DNA of 64,000 nt from Cyanophora paradoxa CCMP329 (Eukaryota > Plantae > Glaucophyta): positions 9,243 to 73,242 of the forward strand of contig QPMI01000529.1 of the NCBI GenBank assembly GCA_004431415.1. The letters run 5' to 3'. A program made the position numbers and the translations under genes. This document shows, in pieces, positions 36,101 through 48,540 of this stretch (its first letter is position 1; every line of letters starts with the position of its first letter). A model generated the notes under the pieces. The model saw nothing but the letters and a program-made list of their open reading frames with translations, did no database searches and had not been told where the DNA came from.

Positions 36101-39100
36101 AAGAAGCGCTTCAAATACTGTGAGGCGACCGCGGGCGCTTCAGTGCAAGTGAAAATGATGCAAAGAAGGCATTAGAAGCGAGCCTTTATGTGCGTTTTAG
36201 AGTCGAACTTGACGACTGTAGAGTAAAACGCTTGCGACTCAGTGACGGCTACTTTCGTGTACCAGGTTTTGCCAGTGCCGTCCATAACCTGATCGAACAG
36301 GATGTAGCGTGCCGTTTATATTAATTATAATGAGTAAATGGATATGCGGGCGTCGGGAATACCTGAAGCACGACTTGCTTCGCGATGGCCGCGACGACTC
36401 CCCCAAGACCGGACGATTGCTTGATCCATGACACATTCCATACGCCGCAGTCGACGCGGTGTGCGTCGAGAACGAAGGGCAAACTAGTGTTTCCGCCGAT
36501 GAATCCCGCTGCAGGCAGGCCTGTTGGCCGACATTCACGATCAGTCCGCTACATATACATGTGCTGAACGCTCTATTAGACTCATGGATGATCATCAGTC
36601 CGCTCACAACTAGTAGTGTATATATTGGATTACGTATATACGTATGCATATGGAATTGAAAAAAGACGTGTGGTCATGAACCGCATGCGCACCTGGCATC
36701 TGCACAAGAAGAGGGGGCGCAAAATATCCAGGCTCAACGCTGGCCTTGGTCTTGTCAGTCGGATCGATGCTCAATCCTTGGAGTTGAAATCTGCCGTCAA
36801 GCTTTAAGCAGCTGCAGCTTAACCAGGCGTGTGCCCTTAAAGAATTCCAAACGCATGCGCACGAATATACAATCCCTGCAGAATTTGAATCGAATATTGC
36901 ATCAGAGACCAGGAGATGCGCAGCAAAGGTTGGGACCGAGTGAGGTCACTGATCTAGATGTACCTGGTAGCAAATTGAAAATTTGCAGCGACTTCGCGTA
37001 GAAATTCGGGCTCGGAACGTCTGCAATTGCAAGACACAGCAGTTCGTGAGCTTGAATGGCTTGTGACGTCGACACTCGGGTTTTCACGCACAATCGTAGT
37101 AAGGAGCGGATGTTGCTGGCGCAGTGACCATGAGGGCTGGATCAGGCTCGGCTGTAATTGTTCCGACGTTGCGGACGCATTGCTTTGCAAACGCGGGCTC
37201 CGGATTCAAGCTTGGATTGCGGTGGAAGCCTTCCGTGCACGGCTGGCCGCTTGGGGTCCTCGGGGGCAGGACCAGGGCCTGTTTGAAAGAAATCACAAAA
37301 TACGTGCGGATCTAGATATCTCATGCATCCACGTTCTAAATTTAAATATCATCTGCGGGTCGGATGGGGGTGTGGGGTGTGGGGTGACGTGTGTGTGTGT
37401 GGGGGGGGGGGGGGGGGAGGGGGGGGGGGGCTCGAGGGGACGAACCTGGTAGTAATTTGCACCGGTGACGAGATCCCAAGCGATTGAGAAGACAAATCGG
37501 CCGGGATTGCTGAGGTCTGCTGCAATGGAACCGAACCGGACATTCAAAGGCGCCGGCAAAGGCTCCCCTGGGCGGAACCATCAGGTTGTCGGTATCGCAA
37601 GCTTCGAAAAACGCGTATGCTCACGAAGAGTGCTGGTGAGGAGAAGCGGGGCCGTTACGATGCTTCCATTTACAAGTAGAGCCTCGACAGCGACTGTGTA
37701 TTCTTTTCGAGCACATGCAAGTAAGAGACGCATGCGCACGGGTAAGAGCGAGCGTTTGCGGACTGGTATTGACGGCAAGGCCAGTGAGCTTCGCGGTGTA
37801 CTCAGTTCGGTACGATCCGGCAGCGAGAGTCGCTGGGAGGACATATCCCTCCGGAGGCACCATCTGCGCATGCGTTCGTTTCACTCGCGTAGTTTTCCAT
37901 AAGTTGTATACATGGAGCTTGTGCGAACCGAATCAGCAAGCAGCCTGGCGCATATGGCGCGAGGACTTGAAGTGTCGTATAGCATCGCCATTCTCTCACC
38001 TGACGGGCATGTTTCGGGGGCGATCTTTCCGGACAAGTCGGTTTTGAATTCAACGGCCCCGCTTGCGGGCAGGGCATCTGCTGGTTGGGCCATTTTCGCT
38101 TCGAAGCTTGCAGCGGCAAACCACTGGGTGCCGAGCGTTGGGTTTGCAGGGGAGCCCGTAGCTGGCGTCAACGAGTGCATGACCTGCGTGCATGTATGTA
38201 TATATATGCATGCATATGCATTTATTATGCACGCTCACCCGGAAGGCGGCTACTTCGTCCGACATTATCTGTACGCTCGGATAAATCCAAGATACGACAA
38301 TGTAGTTCGAGGCCCTGTCGATCACATGAGTTCTTCTCCATACACTGAACGGCAGGCGCTGCACGTCATAGGCAATATAGGCACCGGCGCATGGCCTTCG
38401 ATCCAAAGCGGTTGCCCAGACTCTCGGGGTTCGCTGGTGTTGTGGGCTGGGGCGGGCACTTCGTCGCGTAGATTGGAATGAAGTCCATAGTGTTCTAGAT
38501 ATGATCCCGGGTATGGTTAGCTATAGCTAACGCGTTCGTCCTCCCGATCGCGAGAGCACCTTCCAAATCCTGCCCTTTCAATTAAATAAAGATAACATAA
38601 ATTTGTAAATAGAAAGGAGAGCATGCACGCACTTTGATGTGCTGTCCTGCGCGCACATCCGAAAACGGTTGTTTCAGTTTTGACCAACTGTATGCGCACA
38701 AGCGAAACAGCTCGTAATCGTACAAAATAGTGGCCGGCTATCATATAATTCAGACCAGCGCCACCAGGCATCTTCAGAAGGCCATCCAATTTCAAGAAAC
38801 CGCCGACAAAAGGATAGAATCCAACCTGTATCTCGAGTGTCAAAGGTTCAATTTAGAGCTGTCCAGCGTTTGCGGCGCACCCAAATCTGTATCGCGCCCG
38901 GGCAGCCCCCGCCTTTGCTGCCGATCTAAAAACCGATGTCAGCGAGCTGGAGCGGCGTTCGAAGCCACGCACGCACTGGTTGCCACAACAGACCCAACTT
39001 AAAGTACACGGCTGCTTGGAACTGAATAAATCGAATCCCGTATACACTATGTATATCACTCAAATCAGTTCGATGTTTGGATGTTTCGAAATCGAAATTT

Positions 39101-42100
39101 GAAGAGCACCCGAAGTCAAGGTCGATTTCAGGAACAAACTGGATCGCAAAGTTGAGATCTGCAATTCGGCAAGCCAGCTCCTCATCAGTTCATCGTGACA
39201 CTCAATCAACAATCAAGACAGGAGGCCAGCTACAGCTGCTCGCACATACGTCGGTCGGCGGGTTGAAAACAGGCGCCTGGTGCCATGAATAATCAAACAA
39301 ATCAGCGAATACAAGATAAAACCCAATCGCAAGATCTTTAAACAGAACTACGCGCCCGGAAACTTGGTGCTTCTCCATCCATCCTTTATATTGTACCCAT
39401 CGTTCAGAAAAATGAGAACTATATATACATCAACTTGCAAAGTTTCGCACCAGCCCGCGATCGGCGTGACTTTTCCTGATACGACAGTGAGAGAAGTACA
39501 GCAGGCCCCAGGCAGGGCCTAGCTTCAGATCGCTTTGCACCGTCTTTGAACTGGATTCCAAATTCGATCCCGCCATTAAGGGACCTTGTACGGGGGACGC
39601 GGTAGGTCGAACAGCAAAATTAAGCAGAACATGCATACCCTTCGAGATTGTTATCCCATTGAATGCTTATAGCTCCATAGCATCCTAGATTGACCTGTCA
39701 TGCTGATTTTAGACTCAAAGACAGTCAGGGCCTCAGCAAGCTCGATTCTTGAAGAATGCGCACATGTAGCTGGCGATGGACGATGATGTAGTGCTCAGTC
39801 AGAAAAGATGCATATGTGCACCCGCAATTCCAGGGAACGCTCAAAGCGCTTACCCCCGGCACGACGGTGACGACGACTGCAAATGGCCGAAAAGAACCGA
39901 AATCTTCAGAGCAAGTGCAAAACCAAGCAGTTGTAGAATAAATTACGCGAACCAGGCCCAACGTTAATATTCTTTATCCATTCCTTGCCTGCATAAAGTA
40001 GCGCTCAAAAAAGTGTGTCGTACAAAAGACAAAGCGGCGCGCCACACCCCAAATTTCTTGTTGTTTTCCGATGTCACCTGAACTGCGAAGAGCACCAAAT
40101 ATATATTCATGTGTTTGAAAGAGGACAAACGATTTTGATGAATTCAAAGGCAACAAGACTTGTCAAGCGTACACGTTCACATGGATGTCAATGCTGAGTG
40201 CCGCTTTAATGCCGGCGAACTCTAAAATACCGGCAGTTAGTTATATTGAACTCGATGCTGAAGCCATTATATATATCACGCTAACGCACTTGTCAGTGTA
40301 ATTTGTTTTAAGTTGTATTCCTCAATGACAAGTTCGAACTTGACGCCTGTGCCGGCCCAGAAATATCTACACACCAGCATCTCAAGAAATAAAAACCCAA
40401 AGAGCGGAGGGGCATGCTTGCATCTCTTTAGGGTCAATATCCATAACTCCCCACATATCGTAGAAAGTCGATCCTTTCGAGCCCTGAATTCCGAACGATG
40501 CGCGCAAGCCGGAGGTCAGCGAACGGGATTGGAGTTCGATTCGAGACCTGATTCCGGAGCAAGAAGATCGCACGCACAGAAAATGAAAAATCTGCAAGCA
40601 GGAACACGTGATCATTGGCATCGCTTTGCACTAATTTATGGGGCATCTCAGGAAGCTGACACGATACGTACCCCAAACTATGTGTGGAAACTACGCAAGA
40701 GAGAGGGCGGTTCATTATCGGAGAGACCATTCGAGGGAAAGTAGAGGAACGCGGCTAAAAACCTTTCTCAGTTGCTTGTGAAACACCTCGTCGAAATTGA
40801 AGCTGATTCCCCACGTCGGAACCCTGAAGTAGATTTCACAGTCGCCTCCAATACACTGCGCGATCCCGGGCGCGACTCAACTCCTCTTCGCGCTCCAAAA
40901 AGATTGAAGGGCAATACGACCGACCGAAATCGCCTCGAAGGCCAGAGACGCGATGTCGAGACCACGGTTAACCGACTCGCCAAACTGCTCGCCAGGGCAA
41001 GAAGAGCGTCGCCCACAATTGCAAGCACGTGCATGCATATGTGAGCACGCGTATACGTTAACGTTTGTGGCTCGGATGAACCGCTTTCAGAGATCTAAAG
41101 CAAGGCGCACGTCTTTTACTCCTGTGACCGCAACATTTTCGATAACTTCCAGCGTTTTGGTAACTGGATTCAAGATAAAATCCAGCTTGCCGCCTTGGAA
41201 GAGTCGGCATCAACGGTTTTGAGCGGGAGCCAGATAAAGAAGCAATGTGGCAGCGCACCTGTGACTGCACTTGCCTGTTCGATTGTATGTTAGCGCGTGC
41301 GCATTATAATTACGTTATTCAATCATGAATCAGAGCGCACGACTTCGAGGAGCATCTTAGGAACGTCGAGAACTTTCTTGACAACCTGGGGCGCCATCGA
41401 TATCGATACCAAGCCCTACATACATATGCGCAGCGAATGGCCGCGAAAGTGAACAAGTTCACGTTTACAAACCTGGACAGCTACGTCCTAGAAGAAGGTT
41501 ACAACCGCAGAAGGTTAGTGTACGAAAACGGCAGAGGATTTCGCTTTTACGAACTGTGATTGCGTTGACGATTTGTTTAGCTGCTTTTGGAATGGCGGCC
41601 TGCCGCGAGCGTCTGTGAGGAGACAAGAGTACTAGCCAATTTACGAGTGCGAAAGCTTGAGTGCGCACTGCTACTTTGGCGAACAGATTGATGCCTTTGC
41701 GGACCACGTTGCCAACTTCGTAGAAAGCCTTGGTCATTCCCGCTGCGAGAGAAAAAGCTCAAGGGGCCTGTTTATATCCGACGACAGGATCACTCATCCG
41801 CACGCACTTTTATCCATGACGCCTAGTATAGGATCGAGAATTGCGCCTTTTATGCCGTGCAGAACCTGGCCGACTACCTTGCAGCAGTCTCTGATTTCAT
41901 CCGCAAAAGGCAAACTTTTCAGGAAACCTCCAAGAAAAGTAAGCTTGCGGCCTTGGCTTTGGCTCTGTTCGGCCTTAGCCCCGTCCGGCCCTGGTCGTTT
42001 ACGTATACGGCTGCGATGACCAGATCCGGACGCCAGGCCTCCGGCCTCGTTCATGGTTGCGAATGCAGCCGCAGATTCTGACTTTGGACCTGCAATAATT

Positions 42101-44464
42101 AGTTAGACGGGAACGTCTCAGCTATATATGTGAGATAAAGCTAATCAAACCCTCGAAGTTGTGACCCCGGACCCTGCCAAACGACTTGTAAACGTGCTCT
42201 GATACCTTACGCGAGCCCGGACCCCTGTGAAGTTGATTGTCAATGTCCAGTGCGCCGGATATATCATGATCAAGTAAAGAGCGCAAGCGTGAACGCAATT
42301 ATCCAACATTGCAACTAATATCGCTTACGTGAACTCGTTATTAATATCTTCATCGTGGAGCTGGATGTGCAGATCCTGCGTCTCCACATGAGCTCACCGG
42401 ACACCTAGATCTGACTTGTGCATTGACCTTAAAAATGTCCTGCGCCCGATATTGGAATTCGTCTTTATACTATACTCGTAATGAAGTAATATAGAAGAAA
42501 TGGTTCACCGCGAGGACGGCGGGCTCGGTCTCCAGCTCGACGCAGAGCCCGCGGATAGTGAAGACTTCATCCTCTTCCAAGTCAAGTTCTAAATTCGCCT
42601 GGCCTCGGCTTCCGCCTTCCACCGCAGTCACGGAACACTCTCGCGAATGAACCTGCATGCAAGCGGTTGCAAGTTCGGCAAGCTTCATTGCAATGCCATG
42701 GCCAGCCAAGTGCTTGCGATCGCTCACCTCAACAATCTTGACCATCAATCCGACCTGACCATGCCCCGCGCATTTCATTACAACATTCAATGATAAGGCA
42801 TCGTCTTCCGAACGAAAATTGTGAGCTTATTACCGTACCTTTCCCGGCTTCTTTGTTCTCATTCCGTACTGACGGCGAGGCACATTGGGCTCGTCATCTT
42901 CCTCGTTTACAGCGTGTGTGCGCCCACAATCCCTGCGCACGCGTGAGGTGTCAACCCCAATAGCCCCTCGGGTCGGCTACAGCTGCTGCACGCGTACGCT
43001 TGAGATCTAGAGTGCAAATCAGGAAAAAAGTTTTTAGGAGGCGAGAGGGTGGTACAGATAAATGACGGTGGGAGGGGGGTGGGTATCGCAGCGAGAGAGC
43101 CGGGAGGCTTCATAAAAATGAGCATCTACCAATCTAACTGGCGTGGGTGGGTGCTAGGAAAGCTCCAAAGTGACGCAGAAGCTTGAGAAGAACTTGCAGG
43201 TGGTTGGTTTGAGAAAAACTCGAGCTTGAGGGGGGGAGGCCATTGCAGCGGAGGGAATTCGAATTGAAAGGGAACGGACGTGCACGTGCGCTGCATATTC
43301 AAGCATTCGATCCGGTACTGACCAGTGCGTCTCGCCGACGACGATGGCTCCCGGTCGAAACTTGCGCGCGTGCACGTGCACGTGGGCTTCCCGTTCTTCG
43401 TGATCCCCGTGGCCGTGCCCATGATTGGTGGTCGATCCACCAAGAACAATTGACACGGAAGAAGGGACGTCCGCGCAATGGACAGCGAGTACGGCGGGCT
43501 CTTCATCGAGATTCACCTGCAGGCTTCCGTTGAAAACCACTATTAATATTGAAAGCGTTTCTGTCAGCCGTCGCACCACATCGGCCGTCTGCACTGCCTT
43601 GAAGGCATAATGGGTTCTCTTGCCTGAAAGCACAAAGACGTTTGCAACGTTGAGTTTGAAATTGACATGAAAGGTAAATTATAATAACATAGAAAGAGCC
43701 TGCACTGCGCACCATTTCTGTGTAGTCGAAACTCCTCGTGCTGATAGTCGACATCACGCGCGGCCCGGCCCCCATGAATATTCAATATTAATAGGGATTT
43801 CGCGAATCGAAGTGCATTAGGATCGCTCAGTAAGCTTGCGCACGTCGTAGTGATGGTGTCCGGTGGTGGGGTCAGTCCGGCGCTACGTATACGTGTATAT
43901 GCGTGCCGCAGTGCAAGCAGTGTGAGCGCGCGGCCGAGCTAATCTTTTGGCGCGCAACGCGAGCAGCGGAGCGATCCGGAAAATCTGGAGCACCTTGGCG
44001 TCCCAACCAAGCGGGCGCGGCCGGCTCCCGTGTTTCGCGGGTCTCGAGATGAAATGTTGAGGTCGCTCGCGATGGGGTTGCTTATGCGATCGATACATAT
44101 CTGAACGTTCGTTCTTAATCCGACTATTATGTTCTTCAAATTCATGCATTTGGTCATCATCATCACTTTTATCATCACCAAGCTCGCGATTGGTCACGGG
44201 CTCACGCGTGCGCATTGGGCCTGCCGCTGCGGGCACCCATACTTAAGAATACCAAAACCCGCTGATTTCGACAAAAAAATGAGAGGTGCTAGCATACAGA
44301 CCTGAAACTTTGTAAGCGTACTCGTAAGCTGCATCCCGTTTATGTGTGGCATGAGTCTGTGCTTGCACTTCTTGGACGTATGCGCAGGCACAGCTACAGA
44401 TGCATAGAGCAAACACGGACAGCAACAGCAGCGCCTGAGTTTTCGACGCTGCAGCTGGTCCCAT
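30168..44464 (-). CDS. Giant multi-exon secreted/cell-surface protein (FN3-like, beta-helix GGA/FxxN repeats, Cys-rich/EGF-like, hydrophobic C-terminus); could be more than one gene
   Basis: Signal-peptide-like MGPAAASKTQALLLLSVFALCICSCACA; FN3-like APLNVRF..FSIAWDLVTGANYYQV and IVVSWIYP; GGAVALLGG..F, SFIDNLSASYG, GGAFIG; Cys-rich CSSVCGLESGRCEF..CNC; GPI-signal-like end SNSAAG..LWALLSAWVAVYAAAAF*; all exon-like pieces on the minus strand. Confidence 0.6.
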
Positions 44465-44700
44465 TTGCGTGCTTGCGCTGGCGGACAGAGTTATCGCGGA
44501 TCGATGTCCCCGACCAGGAAAACACGCGCGTGCGCAGTACTAGCCTAGTAGTACACTGTGACACCTTCCAACCTCCCGCTCCGGGACTTAGTTAACCTCT
44601 ACATCTGGCTGCCCGGCCGCAGTGCTAGTACGAGCCTACTAGGCTAGTACTACGGTAACCTAACAGTAGTACTCAGTGACTGAGAGTCTGAGACTCAGTG

Positions 44701-44767
44701 ACTACCGTGTGGCACGAAAATTACCGTGTGGCAATTTAAAACCACGGCAATTTAACTACTCCTACAG
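44701..44767. mobile_element. Truncated right end of a MITE related to 45391-45615
   Basis: GGCAATTTAA subterminal motifs and terminal TCCTACAG followed by TA, as in the full element. Confidence 0.5.
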
Positions 44768-45000
44768 TACTAGTACGTAGTAGCACCGATCAGCTTGATG
44801 ATGGCATCATGATGCGCCTTGATCTGACTTGCGCATCGATATCATGGGATTCATGGCATGCCGATACCGGTAGTCTCCTGATTCCTGAATCGATATGACG
44901 ACGATATCCTGGCATAATCCTGCCATGGCCATTGGCCAGACAGCAGTGCCACACTGCCACTGTCTGGCAGTGTCTGCCAGCTGCAGCTACTACGCGGCTA

Positions 45001-45352
45001 CTGTAAGCCGGGAAATATTTAGTATACTGGATCTTTATAGTACCAAAGTTTTGAGGCCTGACTACTAAAGTTTTATCGTATACTAAACCGAGGTGCGAGG
45101 GGGGGTACGTAGCCCGCGCGCGCAGCCAGAGTTGCAGTGCGGGAGAAGCTAGCTATAGTGCGAGGGGGCTTCCGGACTCTCCAACAGATCAAGACCCCCT
45201 GGCGCGCCCACCCCCTTCCAGACTTGAAAGGCCGCTACTAAAGCGCTCCGCGCGGCTATCTCTTAATTATTTTCAGCCTACTAAACCGACCAAACCCCGG
45301 GATTATTAATTATTTTGGGGTCTTAAATATTACCCGACTCGGCGAATTACAG
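45001..45352. mobile_element. MITE-like element with imperfect TIRs, flanked by TA
   Basis: Left ta|CTGTAAGCCGGGAAATATTTA versus right TAAATATTACCCGACTCGGCGAATTACAG|ta; non-coding. Confidence 0.55.
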
Positions 45353-45390
45353 TAATCTCCCGAGTCCCGACTCCCGAGTCCCGACTAGTA

Positions 45391-45615
45391 CTGTAGGAAT
45401 GCTTAAATTGCCGCGTAGTTAAATTGCCGAATTCGACCAAAACCGGAATTGCCGTGACGATAGATTGCCGAAACTCTGGATTTCTTCTATGGCGCCATAC
45501 AAAAGCGGCCGTTTAGCCCTACCCCCTGAGAATTGCCGTGGCTTAAAATTGCCGAATTCGGCCTCTCGGCAATATACGGCAATTTAAAACATCGGCTAAA
45601 AAAGCATTCCTACAG
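45391..45615. mobile_element. MITE (Tc1/mariner-type TA duplication) with perfect 14-bp TIRs
   Basis: ta|CTGTAGGAATGCTT ... AAGCATTCCTACAG|ta; multiple internal ATTGCCG / CGGCAAT subterminal repeats. Confidence 0.8.
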
Positions 45616-45783
45616 TACTCCCGACTCGAGAGTCGAGTCCCGACTCCCGACTCTCTCGAGTCCTGACTCCTGACTCCTGAATCGATATCCTACCAGACAG
45701 TGCCAGTTATATATGAGGGCCATCAATGGGCCAAACGCGAAAAGGCAACTCCGAGAGCTCGAGACTCGGAAGTGACGCTTGGA

Positions 45784-45950
45784 TTGCGGAGGTTCTTATA
45801 ACCGCCGCAACAGCTGTGGGGGTACCCCCTCCGAGGCTGGCGATCGCGGCGATCGCGACCCGATCGCGACCCTGGTGATCGCGACTTTCTCCCGATCGCG
45901 ACCCTTTTCGATCGCGATTTCGAGATCGGGGGCATTTCTGCGATCGCGAG
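45784..45950. other. Candidate rolling-circle origin: hairpin plus iteron-like repeats
   Basis: TTGCGGAGGTT-CTTAT-AACCGCCGCAA stem-loop (45784-45810), GGGGGTACCCCC palindrome, then seven GATCGCG copies. Confidence 0.4.
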
Positions 45951-46080
45951 AAAGGAAAAATCGGAAAAGGCCGAAAAGTGCGTTTTTCACGCGTGAAATC
46001 GACCGAAAACGAGGGTTCGAATCCCGGGCCCGGATTTGGACTTGGGCAAAATCTCGGACTGAAATGGGAGAAAAATGGGA

Positions 46081-46160
46081 CCTGGGACTTGGGACTTGGG
46101 ACTTGGGACTTGGGACTTGGGACTTGGGAAGAGTTGGAATCAGAGTCTGGACTCAAAACG
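46081..46160 (+). repeat. (GGGACTT)6 array plus conserved tail, copy 1
   Basis: CCT(GGGACTT)6GGGAAGAGTT.. Confidence 0.95.
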
Positions 46161-46185
46161 GGGAAATTTTCGGAGGGGGAGAAAA

Positions 46186-46656
46186 ATGTCAGGCAATCTC
46201 TATTACGATTTCCCCTTTGAGTTGCATATGGCATTCGAGAGGCTGCGCGAGTTCTGGCGTTGGCACCTCACAGGACATGACATTCCCGACATAACACCAG
46301 AGCCCAACACACAGGGCGTGCTTGAAGTCATCCGTCAATATCCGCGTCGATTCAATGAATGGATCGAGTTCCACGCAACGAACCGTTTCCAGAGTCTCCC
46401 CGAGGCCATACGCGAAAATTTCGTGAGGCTGGTGGGACCAGGCTACGACAACCCTAACAATCATAGACCACGCCCAGCTGGCGTGACGCGCGAAGCTCGA
46501 GAAGACCGTAGACTTTTCCGCAGGGAATTGAGAGAGGATAGACGGAGGCTTTCAATGGGGCTCCCGCAGATTGTGAGGGGGTACAGCCCGGATTACGAGA
46601 CTTACCAAGAATTGTACGGCTTCGAAAATCCCTTTGAGAGGGTACTACCAGGGTGA
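46186..46656 (+). CDS. Viral hypothetical protein (MSGNLYYDFPF..)
   Basis: Intronless ORF with AAAAATG start and upstream ATTTTCGG motif. Confidence 0.7.
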   Translation: MSGNLYYDFPFELHMAFERLREFWRWHLTGHDIPDITPEPNTQGVLEVIRQYPRRFNEWIEFHATNRFQSLPEAIRENFVRLVGPGYDNPNNHRPRPAGVTREAREDRRLFRRELREDRRRLSMGLPQIVRGYSPDYETYQELYGFENPFERVLPG

Positions 46657-46995
46657 GGGGCCAGGGGGGGCCCCTGAGGGTGTACCCCCCATCCGAGACT
46701 CGACCTTCGGCGGACGCACTCGGGCAATTTCCGTCAGGCCGGCTCCTTTTTCTGTCTTCGGTCCAACGCTAAATTTGGCTTTTTCAGGCCAGTTGGCAAC
46801 GTTTTCCGTTGCGAACTAGCCCAGGAAAAAATTCGCCCACAAAACCGCGGTCCGCCGCCATTTTGGCTCACTCTTGAAACGGGTTCGCCGCCTTCTCTCA
46901 GCCCAAGGAATCCCCGCCTCTCCGAATTTTCACAAGTCCGCTCTCTCAGTCACCTCACGTTTTGCCTTTGCTGATCTCTCTTCCCTTTGCGCAGA

Positions 46996-48050
46996 TGTCG
47001 ATTCCCTCTGAGCTTGTCGAGGACCTTGCCAAGGCCCGTGAGATGTGGGCTAAGTCCCGCGATTGGCCTACCCGTGAAATGGAGAAGCGTGCCCGCAAGC
47101 TGGGGTACCTCTACCAAGCTCACAGCGGAGAAGGCTTCCATACCATCAACCTCAACTTTGTATCCACCCTTCTGCCCAAGTCCAAGCAACCCAAGCCCGA
47201 GCCCAAGCCCGAGCCCGTCGACGTGCCCCCCGTCCCCGGCTGGGTCAAGACTCCCACTGGCTGGGGCGACCCCAAGCTTTTCGCCGAGTCTGCCGCCGAG
47301 ACGCTCGCCTGGGCCTATCCCCCTCAAGTCTTCACGAATTTCCCCCCTCCGTCATCGTCGTCATCTGCCCCTCAGCCCGTCGCCGAGCCCGCTCCCGAGC
47401 CAGTCGATGACGCCGAGTCCGAGGCCTCTGACGCCGAGTCTGACATCAACGACTTTATCGACTTTGACGTGCCGATTCCATACGACTCTGAGTCCTCTTC
47501 CGACTCTGAAGGCGACAACGAAAACCCGACTCGCAAGCGCCGCATTATCAAGACCAAGTCAATCGTCAAGAAGAAGTTCATGGAGACCACGTCATTCACC
47601 GACAACTCCGAGCGAGTCAAGAATCCCGCCAAGGAACACGAAAAAGACTTGAAGATCGGCGCTGGCATTGCCCGTTCTCGCGTCACGTCACACTTCAGCA
47701 AGCGCCTGACTCAGCACGTCAAGACCATTGAGAAGCGCATCATCGCCAAGCGCGAAATGGCCGAACTCCGGCGCAAGTTGCGTCACGAGCGCCTTCTTCG
47801 TCGCGAGATGACGCTGGCCAAGATTGCCGAGCGCAAGAAGAAGGAGGCAGCGGAACTTAGGGCGCGCGTCGAGGCTCAGCAGCGGCGCGAGGCAGAGGCG
47901 GCAGCGGCCTTGGCGGCGCAGCGCGAGCAGGAGCGGCAGGACTTAGTGCAGGCAGCGCAGGCCCTTCCCCGCATTCCCCTTAAGTCCGCGCCCGAGGCCC
48001 CGATTGACTTGGTTTCCGATGACGATGATTCTGACTTTGAGATGCTGTAA
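46996..48050 (+). CDS. Viral hypothetical protein with acidic tract, basic/coiled-coil region and C-terminal SIM-like motif
   Basis: Long intronless ORF MSIPSELVEDLAK..; RKRRIIK NLS-like; ends PIDLVSDDDDSDFEML. Confidence 0.8.
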
Positions 48051-48121
48051 ATAGTATTGCGTCATTCCATTGTACATACTTGTAAAAATTGGCCGACTAT
48101 TCAGTTATGACTTGGCGCGAT

Positions 48122-48240
48122 CCTGGGACTTGGGACTTGGGACTTGGGACTTGGGACTTGGGACTTGGGACTTGGGAAGAGTTAGACTCAGGGTCTGGGC
48201 CCAGACTTTCTCTGGATCTGAGAGTTTGCCGTGCCAAGTC
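48122..48240 (+). repeat. (GGGACTT)7 array plus tail, copy 2
   Basis: Direct repeat of copy 1; inverted relative to copy 3. Confidence 0.95.
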
Positions 48241-48540
48241 CCTAACCACCGGGCAGACTTAGAAAGGGGTACGGAAATTTGGATACGACGTTTCTGGTGA
48301 CATTCCAGGTGAGATTTCAAGCGAGGTAGAGTCTGAACTGGTGTACGACTTGTAGCATGATACTGGACATGAAAGCTCACGAGAGTATGCAACCGAAAAA
48401 GGATGTGAAGAGGGGTAGGAGTATTCGTGCGAGATGTCGAGAGAAGGAGGGTACGAGATGGGATACGAGTAAAAAAGACTACGAGTAAAAAAGAGTACGA
48501 GGGGTGGTAGGAGTAAAAAAGTCGGTAGAAAAACTCACCT

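Noticed and set aside
45325-45333. AAATATTAC resembling the CRESS-virus nonanucleotide
   Set aside because: Lies within a MITE terminal repeat and is not in a hairpin loop
45840-45950. GCGATCGC as cyanobacterial HIP1, implying cyanobacterial origin
   Set aside because: A single local cluster rather than dispersed enrichment; an iteron reading fits better
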